This document shows positions 56,856 to 64,000 of a stretch of 64,000 nucleotides of DNA, in pieces (position 1 is the stretch's first letter; the number at the start of each line of letters is the position of its first letter). The position numbers and the translations under genes are program-made. The notes beneath the pieces were generated by a model, which was given only the letters and a program-made list of their open reading frames with translations, was not told the DNA's origin and made no database searches. The stretch lies in IMG/VR virus record IMGVR_UViG_3300044630_004720. The stretch is one strand, 5' to 3'. The stretch comes from a virus. Its lineage: Duplodnaviria > Caudoviricetes.

Positions 56856-58874
56856 TTACAAAATTTTTTTTGACAAAATTAAAGTTTCGTCCTTAAATTT
56901 TATCGATGTAGTTGAATTTTCTTTAATATTACCTTTTAATATCTCCTCACTTAAAAAATCTTCACATAAATTTTGTATGATTCTCTTGATAGGTCTAGCA
57001 CCATATTCTTCTTCCGAATTCAATTCAAATATTCTATTGACAACTGTCTTGTCAAAGGAAATTTTGTAATTTTTCTCCGATAACCTATTGACTAGTTTGT
57101 TCAATTCAATGTCAATAATAACTTTTATCGTATCAGAATCCAATGGATTGAACATAATGATGTCATCAATCCTATTTAGGAACTCAGGGTTAAATTGTTG
57201 CTTTAATGATTTTTGAATTATCGATTTTTTTACTTCTGATTTTTGATTTTCCTTGCTTGAGGTTGAGAATCCCATACCATCACCAAACTCAGACACTTTT
57301 TTTGCACCGACGTTTGATGTCATAATGATTAGTGTGTTTGTGAAATTAACCTTTCTACCAAATGAGTCGGTTAAATGACCTTCATCAAGAATTTGAAGTA
57401 GGATATTGAACACATCTTTGTGTGCTTTCTCAATCTCATCAAATAATATAACGGAAAATGGATTATTTTTTACTTTCTCTGTTAATTGACCACCTTCATC
57501 GTAACCTACGTACCCTGGAGGCGAACCAATTAATCTCGATACGTTGTGCTTTTCCATAAATTCACTCATATCGACACGAATTATTTTATTTGGGTCTCCG
57601 AATATCGTTTCTGCAAGAGATTTTGCTAAATAAGTTTTACCTACACCTGTTGAGCCGAGGAAAATAAAAGAACCAATCGGTTTATTATTGTCTTTAATAC
57701 CAACTCTGTTTCTTCTAATTGATTTTGATATCGTTTTAATTGCATCATCTTGTCCAATCACTTTTGACGATAGGATATTCTCTAATGTCAATAATTTTTC
57801 GGTTTCTTTCGAGTCTAATTTACTAATAGGGACACCTGTCATATCAGAAACCATATTATACACATCTTCAACACTTACAGGTGTTTTATTTTCTTTTTGA
57901 CTGACAGCCCATTTGTCTTTTTCATCCTCCAATTTTTTGAAAATTTTTCTTTCTTCATCTCTAAGCTTAGCAGCTTTTTCATAATCTTGATTTTTTACAA
58001 CCAAGATTTTTTTCTCCTTAACCTCATCAATTTTTTTCTTTAAATCCTCAATAATTTCAGGAATTTTCTTGGAAATCTTTTTATTCGAGCCAAGTTCGTC
58101 CATAATATCGATTGCCTTATCAGGAAATTGTCTATCTGTGATAAATCTCGATGATAACATTACAATTGTTTCAATTACATTGTCATCAAACGACACTTTG
58201 TGAAAATCCTCATAAGATGATTTTAAATTTTGTAATATTTCAATTGTTTCTGTTTGAGTCGGTTCTTTTAAGATGATTTTTTGAAATCTTCTCACGAGTG
58301 CACCATCTTTTTCAATGTGTTTTTTAAATTCATCAAAAGTTGTTGCTCCAATACATTGAATTTCACCTCTCGCTAAGGCCGGTTTTAAGATATTAGCTGC
58401 ATCCATAGCTCCACTCGCATTTCCTGCACCAACCATCGTGTGTAATTCATCAATGAACACAATAACATTTGTATTTTCTTGTAATTCATTTAGAATCGCT
58501 TTAATTCTTTCTTCAAATTGACCTCTATACTTCGTACCCGCAACCAAAGATGTTAAATCTAATGAAACCAATCTTTTATCTAAAAGATTGCTCGGACAAT
58601 TGCCTTTATAAATTTGTAGAGCTAATTTTTCAACCAATGCCGATTTACCAACCCCCGCGTCACCGACAATTACCACGTTGTTCTTCTTTTTCCTTGACAA
58701 TATCTGTGAAATTCTTTTAACTTCAACGTCTCTACCCACGACTGGGTCTATTTTACCTTCTTCAGCTAAACGAATCAAGTCTCTTGAAAAATTATCAAGA
58801 ATTGGTGTTGATGAATTTGGTCTTTTACTTTTTTGATTTGGTTTTGCACCGTCTTCGAAGAAATCTACCGCCAT
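56856..58874 (-). CDS. clpC: ClpC/ClpB-family Hsp100 ATPase lacking the N-terminal Clp domain
   Basis: Walker A GDAGVGKS and GSTGVGKT; FIDELH; FDEIEK; UVR coiled coil; MGF loop; promoter TATGTTTG at 58905-58912. Confidence 0.9.
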   Translation of the reverse strand: MAVDFFEDGAKPNQKSKRPNSSTPILDNFSRDLIRLAEEGKIDPVVGRDVEVKRISQILSRKKKNNVVIVGDAGVGKSALVEKLALQIYKGNCPSNLLDKRLVSLDLTSLVAGTKYRGQFEERIKAILNELQENTNVIVFIDELHTMVGAGNASGAMDAANILKPALARGEIQCIGATTFDEFKKHIEKDGALVRRFQKIILKEPTQTETIEILQNLKSSYEDFHKVSFDDNVIETIVMLSSRFITDRQFPDKAIDIMDELGSNKKISKKIPEIIEDLKKKIDEVKEKKILVVKNQDYEKAAKLRDEERKIFKKLEDEKDKWAVSQKENKTPVSVEDVYNMVSDMTGVPISKLDSKETEKLLTLENILSSKVIGQDDAIKTISKSIRRNRVGIKDNNKPIGSFIFLGSTGVGKTYLAKSLAETIFGDPNKIIRVDMSEFMEKHNVSRLIGSPPGYVGYDEGGQLTEKVKNNPFSVILFDEIEKAHKDVFNILLQILDEGHLTDSFGRKVNFTNTLIIMTSNVGAKKVSEFGDGMGFSTSSKENQKSEVKKSIIQKSLKQQFNPEFLNRIDDIIMFNPLDSDTIKVIIDIELNKLVNRLSEKNYKISFDKTVVNRIFELNSEEEYGARPIKRIIQNLCEDFLSEEILKGNIKENSTTSIKFKDETLILSKKIL

Positions 58875-58947
58875 ATGTGTTTAATTTATCTTTTTATCTT
58901 TCAACAAACATAACAATTTTTGATTAAAAAATCAAATTCGGGACAAA

Positions 58948-58995
58948 ATGTCTAAAAAAATGTCTAACGAATGTCTAAATGTCAGTTTTAGACAT
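58948..58995. repeat. ATGTCTAA octamer array
   Basis: Direct copies at 58948, 58960 and 58971; degenerate at 58979; inverted TTAGACAT at 58988. Confidence 0.8.
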
Positions 58996-59100
58996 AATAA
59001 TGTAAAACCCTGAAATTTCGGGGTTTTTTATTTGATATTTATATAGTGATTGATTTATAATCTAAAATTTCGTATATTATAGTAATCAAATTAATATATT

Positions 59101-59346
59101 ATGGCAATACTAAGTGAGAAAATCGAAGGAAAAGAAATTATGGTTGAAATCAACTCAAGTAATCTAAAGAAGGCTTCTTATAACACGGAAAGTAAACTTC
59201 TTACTGTTACATTTAATAATGGCTCTATTTATGAATATTATGAGTTCCCTTGGGACAAGTTCACAAAATTTAGAATGAGTGAATCTCAAGGTAAATTTCT
59301 TAACACAAACATAAACGGAAAATACAATTATAAAAAGGTAGTATGA
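59101..59346 (+). CDS. KTSC-domain protein
   Basis: SSNLKKASYN...L.VTFNNGSIYEY..FP...S.GKFLN. Confidence 0.85.
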   Translation: MAILSEKIEGKEIMVEINSSNLKKASYNTESKLLTVTFNNGSIYEYYEFPWDKFTKFRMSESQGKFLNTNINGKYNYKKVV

Positions 59347-60110
59347 TGAATAAATCTTTGGTCGATGAGTTATTAGAAGATAGTGAGTTAGACCAAAAGA
59401 TAGTTAAATCTTTTTATTCAAAAGATACGTTGTCCTCGGATATATTTGAGGATACGGATGGTTCATATAAAATGCATAAAGGTATTAGGGATAAGTTATT
59501 AGAAATCTCTGATGCCTTTATTGATTTTATTGGGGTTGATTTTTTTATTGAGGATGTACATTTAACAGGTTCTCTGTCAAATTATAACTGGTCTGAATAT
59601 TCTGATGTCGATTTACACATATTGACAAATTTTGAAGACTTTGACAATCAAAAAATAATTAAAGAGTTTTTTGACGCCAAGAAAAACAACTGGAATCAAA
59701 ATCACGATATTAAAATTAAAGGTTACGATGTTGAGCTTTATGTTCAAGATAGTAATGAATCTCACCTATCATCAGGAGTTTATTCTTTGTTAAATGATAA
59801 ATGGATAGTTGAACCAAAAATCGGTAAACAACACATTGATGAGGACCTGATTCTTAAAAAGGGTGAGGAGTACGCTAAGATAATCGAGGACTTAGTGAAG
59901 AAATCTGAACAGGGTAAAGATGTGTCAAACGAGGTTGATGATGTTAAATCGAAGATAAAGCAATTTAGACAATCGGGTCTTGAAAGCGGTGGGGAATATT
60001 CGTATGAGAATCTAACATTCAAATTACTTCGCAGAAACGGATACATTCAAAAACTTTTAGATATCAAAAAAGGGATTACAAATAAGAAATTATCCGTGAG
60101 TGAATCGTAA
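59343..60110 (+). CDS. Pol-beta-superfamily nucleotidyltransferase
   Basis: LTGSLSNYNWSEYSDVDLHI (GS...DxD); third acidic residue in VELYVQD. Confidence 0.75.
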   Translation: MMNKSLVDELLEDSELDQKIVKSFYSKDTLSSDIFEDTDGSYKMHKGIRDKLLEISDAFIDFIGVDFFIEDVHLTGSLSNYNWSEYSDVDLHILTNFEDFDNQKIIKEFFDAKKNNWNQNHDIKIKGYDVELYVQDSNESHLSSGVYSLLNDKWIVEPKIGKQHIDEDLILKKGEEYAKIIEDLVKKSEQGKDVSNEVDDVKSKIKQFRQSGLESGGEYSYENLTFKLLRRNGYIQKLLDIKKGITNKKLSVSES

Positions 60111-60178
60111 TCCATATATTTTTTGATATATCTATGTATTTATAGGATAAGAATAACTTCATTTAATAATATTAAAAA

Positions 60179-61534
60179 ATGGGAGATTTAAAACCGCTCG
60201 GTAGTGAGAAATTAAACGGGGATGAAAAATTAAAAAGAATCCTTGAACTCACCTACTACAAAAATGGCTCAAATAATACACAAACAACCAAAGCTGATTA
60301 TATTTCTGAATCAACAACAGGTATCTATGGTATTGTAAAAGAAAAAGACGGATACTACGTTAAGAAAGGACTCAATGAAAGTTCTTTGGATTATATCGGT
60401 GGTATGTTTATGAAAAATAAAAACAGATTTTCTTCATATGCAGAAGCTCTAAAGAGACTTTCTTTATTGAAGGGTCAGGAGGAGATATTGAATGAAGAAA
60501 CAAAATATGTTTTGAAGGTCAACAAACCTGCTTCAAGTAATGAAGCTTCGGTTCCTGCACCGGCTCCTGAAGCCGTTCCTGCACCTGCACCTGAAGCGGC
60601 ACCAGCACCTGAAGCGGCTCCGATGGACGCAATGCCACCGATGGATGCATCAGCACCTGAAATGCCAGCTGACGCGGCTGCGGAAATGCCGTTAGCATTA
60701 CTACCATCTGATGATGCTGAAATGGGTGATGAATCGGGAGATGCTCCTGAATCAGGTGAAGACAAATTAAAGTCTGTTCAAAAGTTAACTGGAAAATTAG
60801 GTCAAAAATTAAGAGATATCCAAGATGATATGGAAAGTGATGATATCAAATATATCATCAATTCAGTATTATCTGCTGTTAATTTAGATAAACTAGATTT
60901 AGAAGACAAAGAAGAAATCTTAGGTAAATTCGAAGATGAAGAAGATTTCGCAGGAGAAGATGGTTTAGATGATGAAATGGGTGGTGAAATGGGTGATGAA
61001 GAAATACCTGCAGAAGAACCACAACCAGACGCTGAATTAGGTGAGGTTGATGGTATCGATGCTTTGGAGAATTTAGTTAATATGGAATTCGAAGAAGATG
61101 ATGATATAATGATGTCTAGTCCCGAAAAAGAAATGGACACTGACTTACCTCCAATGGAATTAGAAAAAGAAAAAACAAGAAAAAACAAATTTCACGTTGA
61201 GCCAGGCGGTGAGGAAGATTTATATTACAGACAAGCGTCTTTTGATTCCGATTTTGGTGACGATGACGATGAAGATTTGTTCGGTGATAGCGGTTATGGG
61301 GACACATTCCACTTTGATTTAAAAGAAGTTGGTGATTTAGAAGATATGTACTCAGATGAAATTGACGATATTAATAGTAAAATAAAAGACCCTGAATTTT
61401 ATATGGATGATGAAGAGTCATCAGTTGAGGGTGAGAAGTCAGGTGATTCAATGGCAAAAGAAATTGATATTAATGAATTAACCGACATTATCAACAATAG
61501 TGTAAAAGAAACATTAAGAAAACACTTTGAATAA
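60179..61534 (+). CDS. Highly acidic Pro/Ala-rich protein (scaffold/core-like)
   Basis: TATTTAT at 60137; PAPEA repeats; many (L/I)xE sites. Confidence 0.6.
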   Translation: MGDLKPLGSEKLNGDEKLKRILELTYYKNGSNNTQTTKADYISESTTGIYGIVKEKDGYYVKKGLNESSLDYIGGMFMKNKNRFSSYAEALKRLSLLKGQEEILNEETKYVLKVNKPASSNEASVPAPAPEAVPAPAPEAAPAPEAAPMDAMPPMDASAPEMPADAAAEMPLALLPSDDAEMGDESGDAPESGEDKLKSVQKLTGKLGQKLRDIQDDMESDDIKYIINSVLSAVNLDKLDLEDKEEILGKFEDEEDFAGEDGLDDEMGGEMGDEEIPAEEPQPDAELGEVDGIDALENLVNMEFEEDDDIMMSSPEKEMDTDLPPMELEKEKTRKNKFHVEPGGEEDLYYRQASFDSDFGDDDDEDLFGDSGYGDTFHFDLKEVGDLEDMYSDEIDDINSKIKDPEFYMDDEESSVEGEKSGDSMAKEIDINELTDIINNSVKETLRKHFE

Positions 61535-61536
61535 GA

Positions 61537-61938
61537 ATGTATCTATTATATATCAATGAACTCGGAAAAGACTATAAAGGTCAGCAACAATACGAATTTA
61601 TATTCGGCGAGAATGTTGATGTATTAATGGATGAATGGTTTATAATTCCATCTTCAGGCAGAGCAATTCCACCTGAATTAGAATTTGTCGATTTAGTAGG
61701 GGTTTTAAAAAACTCAGATTTAAAATTAGATTTAGTTCAAAATTCAGATTATTTCGGAATGATTGATGCTGTAGATGGAATTATTGCTTTAGGGTGGGAA
61801 CCTTTTGATATACACGCAGAAGAAAGACCTATAAGGGTTTCTTTTCATTTCGGTGAAAACATTGAAAGTGTAACAAAAAAATTAAGAGGAAAAGAACTTC
61901 AATTAATAAATGAAGAAATTAAATTAAATTTAGAATGA
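61537..61938 (+). CDS. Hypothetical protein
   Basis: 133-aa ORF in the operon. Confidence 0.75.
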   Translation: MYLLYINELGKDYKGQQQYEFIFGENVDVLMDEWFIIPSSGRAIPPELEFVDLVGVLKNSDLKLDLVQNSDYFGMIDAVDGIIALGWEPFDIHAEERPIRVSFHFGENIESVTKKLRGKELQLINEEIKLNLE

Positions 61939-62696
61939 AACGTAACGAAATTGTTCAAAGATTAATCAAAGAAGGATTTAATCAAAATACCTTGGTTAAT
62001 ATGAGTGATAAACAAATATCAATGCTCTCCGAAAGAGTTTTAGGAGAAGCACCTAAACCTTCTATTACAGTTGGTCCTAAAAATATGGCGGCTGCTGTTG
62101 AATTAGCTAAACAAGGTGTAGATGTTAAAGTATCTGATAAAGAAGTTGTTGAGGGTAGTGGTGTTGGTCCTAAAGTAACTAAAGGACACAATGGTATTCC
62201 TGAGTTTATGGATTCAAAAAAATTAAAGAAAGATAAAGAAGACCCAAAAAAGAAAAAAACTGAAAAAAAATCTTTAAATTTGAAGAAATTAGAAGATTTG
62301 GACAAAAAAGAAATCAAGGAATGGGTTGAAACTTTGATAGAAAATAATTATCATCCATTAACAACAAAAGATGAAATTATGGAATTAGTAAAACAAAAAT
62401 TAAATGAGGGTCCCGGTCCATTAGTGGCAGACCCTGATGTTGATGTAGAACCAGATATTGATGTTGAACCAGATGTTGATTCACCTTCAGTAAATCCTGA
62501 TACGGACCCGTATGTAGACCCTTGGGATAATCCCGGAGTAGGTCCCGACCCAGACCCAAAGTTTCAATCAGATAAGGGAATGCCTGAATTTTTTAAATTC
62601 AAACAAATATTACAATCAATTAACGAAAAAAAAGATTTTAATTCTCTTTCCGAGTCGATTATGAGAAAAATTAAAAAAGTACTTAATAATGGCTAA
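61935..62696 (+). CDS. Hypothetical protein with P/D-rich repeats
   Basis: DVDVEPDIDVEPD tract. Confidence 0.75.
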   Translation: MKRNEIVQRLIKEGFNQNTLVNMSDKQISMLSERVLGEAPKPSITVGPKNMAAAVELAKQGVDVKVSDKEVVEGSGVGPKVTKGHNGIPEFMDSKKLKKDKEDPKKKKTEKKSLNLKKLEDLDKKEIKEWVETLIENNYHPLTTKDEIMELVKQKLNEGPGPLVADPDVDVEPDIDVEPDVDSPSVNPDTDPYVDPWDNPGVGPDPDPKFQSDKGMPEFFKFKQILQSINEKKDFNSLSESIMRKIKKVLNNG

Positions 62697-63945
62697 AAAA
62701 GAATTTAAAGAGGCGATGAATTTCGCCGATAATAGTAGACCCGACCCAAGTGTACAAAATAAACTTTCAGATAGAAAGACCCCATTTAAAAAAGTGGAGT
62801 TTCCTAAATCTGATAATGATGGTGTATATAGTAACTACGAAGAATTATTAGCGAGCGAAGAATATGAAATGGCATTAGGTAGGCTTAATGCATTCACAGG
62901 TGTTAGAGATATCGGAACGGGTATTCAAGGTAGATATTATCAATTATCAATGCAAGCCGCGCGAATTTTAGGTGAAATTAAAAACGCAGAATCTCAAAAA
63001 GAAGCAGAATTGGAACAATTGTGTGAGAGATTGGTTAGAGAACATTTTAAAATTCCTGAAAATAAATTACAATTTGATTTAAAATTAGAATCAGAAAAAA
63101 TTCAAGTTAATCAGGACCCTGAACCTACTCAAGTACAACAACAAGAAGAAGAATTGGTGGATGAATTACTTGATATGGAGAGAGCGAAAAGAAGATTGCT
63201 CAATGCGATGACTCAAGGAGCTGCAGTTGATTCTACTTGGATTTTTAGAAAAGTAATACCTGAAATACAAGCAATAACGGGTGTTAGAGATTTGGCGGAC
63301 AAATATTCTGTGTTCATTTCAACTATGATGTTAGGGTATTGGCAATTTCCTGAAGAATTATTGGAAATGTCAGTAAAAGGAAATGGACAATTAAATGAAG
63401 CGGCGGGTGCCGGTAAAACTTATATTGATACAACAACAAAACCACCAACGGTATTTGCAAGAGCCGTTATATTTCCTTTTTTAATTCACGAAGCAATTAA
63501 GGGTGTTATGGAATTTCTTTCAAAACAAAGAAACCCTGAAAATCCTGAATTAGTACAAAAAGCAATGGATTTAGAAGATAAAGTATTATATGAAATTTGG
63601 GACATTAGATTAGGTCCTGCGATTTGGAGAAGACTTTATGATTTATATCCTGAAGCGATTAAAAACGAAGAGGACAAAAGAAAATTACAAGCGTACATTT
63701 ATTCAAATGTTGCAAATTTACCAGTGAGAGATTTTTTAGTTTTAATGAAAGAGGTTATTGGTAAATCTGAAAATGGTAAAACGTTAATCGGAGCAATGTA
63801 CTATGATTTAACAAGAAAAGTAGATAGTGAAGAAGTAACAAAATCCACATCAGAATTTAAAAGAGTAATGGACGAAATATCACCCCAAGTAAGTAATGAT
63901 GAAATACGAGACTTATTGGCAGGATTGAATATCTCACTACAATAA
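62689..63945 (+). CDS. Hypothetical protein with HExxxG motif
   Basis: 418-aa ORF; LIHEAIKGVME. Confidence 0.75.
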   Translation: MAKKEFKEAMNFADNSRPDPSVQNKLSDRKTPFKKVEFPKSDNDGVYSNYEELLASEEYEMALGRLNAFTGVRDIGTGIQGRYYQLSMQAARILGEIKNAESQKEAELEQLCERLVREHFKIPENKLQFDLKLESEKIQVNQDPEPTQVQQQEEELVDELLDMERAKRRLLNAMTQGAAVDSTWIFRKVIPEIQAITGVRDLADKYSVFISTMMLGYWQFPEELLEMSVKGNGQLNEAAGAGKTYIDTTTKPPTVFARAVIFPFLIHEAIKGVMEFLSKQRNPENPELVQKAMDLEDKVLYEIWDIRLGPAIWRRLYDLYPEAIKNEEDKRKLQAYIYSNVANLPVRDFLVLMKEVIGKSENGKTLIGAMYYDLTRKVDSEEVTKSTSEFKRVMDEISPQVSNDEIRDLLAGLNISLQ

Positions 63946-63949
63946 AGTT

Positions 63950-63977
63950 AAAGTGGTCAAGTTTGACCACTTTTTTT
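63950..63977 (+). terminator. Intrinsic terminator
   Basis: AAAGTGGTCAA/TTGACCACTTT followed by a T-run. Confidence 0.75.
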
Positions 63978-63989
63978 GTATTTATATAT

Positions 63990-64000
63990 ATGAGTGCTAA
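63990..64000 (+). CDS. Start of a gene truncated by the window edge
   Basis: TATTTAT at 63979 followed by ATG AGT GCT. Confidence 0.4.

Noticed and set aside
1-64000. CRISPR array, integrase, transposase, intron or intein
   Set aside because: I found no regularly spaced repeat-spacer array, no recombinase or transposase motifs and no interrupted conserved gene. The tandem repeats are in-frame coding repeats.
60179-64000. Assignment of right-end genes as scaffold, terminase or portal
   Set aside because: Only compositional hints are present, with no diagnostic motifs, so they are left as hypothetical.

Overview
This is a 64-kb, AT-rich segment of a large tailed bacteriophage genome, read with genetic code 11. 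The host is probably in Bacteroidota. Evidence: TAnnTTTG host-type promoters, A-rich translation starts without Shine-Dalgarno sequences, many signal-peptide, lipoprotein and beta-barrel ORFs, and a 14-nt element matching the Bacteroidota 16S 3' end. No capsid, portal, terminase or polymerase gene is recognisable inside the window. Contents: (i) many late-type genes preceded by a TATTTAT motif, eight of which share an N-terminal MKIxLTExQL peptide; (ii) glycan genes (split HldE, glf, glycosyltransferases, methyltransferases, two DUF3431, five SGNH-like domains); (iii) a GH19 endolysin, an M23 peptidase and holin-like ORFs; (iv) an RNA island (37.4-43.9 kb) with tmRNA, seven tRNAs, an ~870-nt end-paired structured RNA and structured inter-tRNA spacers; (v) an 11.7-kb cassette of secreted and outer-membrane proteins (CsgG-like, beta-barrels, cohesin/dockerin/C-type-lectin adhesins); (vi) a ClpC-like ATPase lacking its N-domain, a KTSC protein and a nucleotidyltransferase. 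The top candidates for undescribed biology are a pair of mutually complementary ~100-nt sRNAs 20 kb apart (one complementary to the 16S anti-SD tail), the large ncRNA, and the envelope-protein cassette. All protein family calls are from visual motif recognition, with no database searches run.
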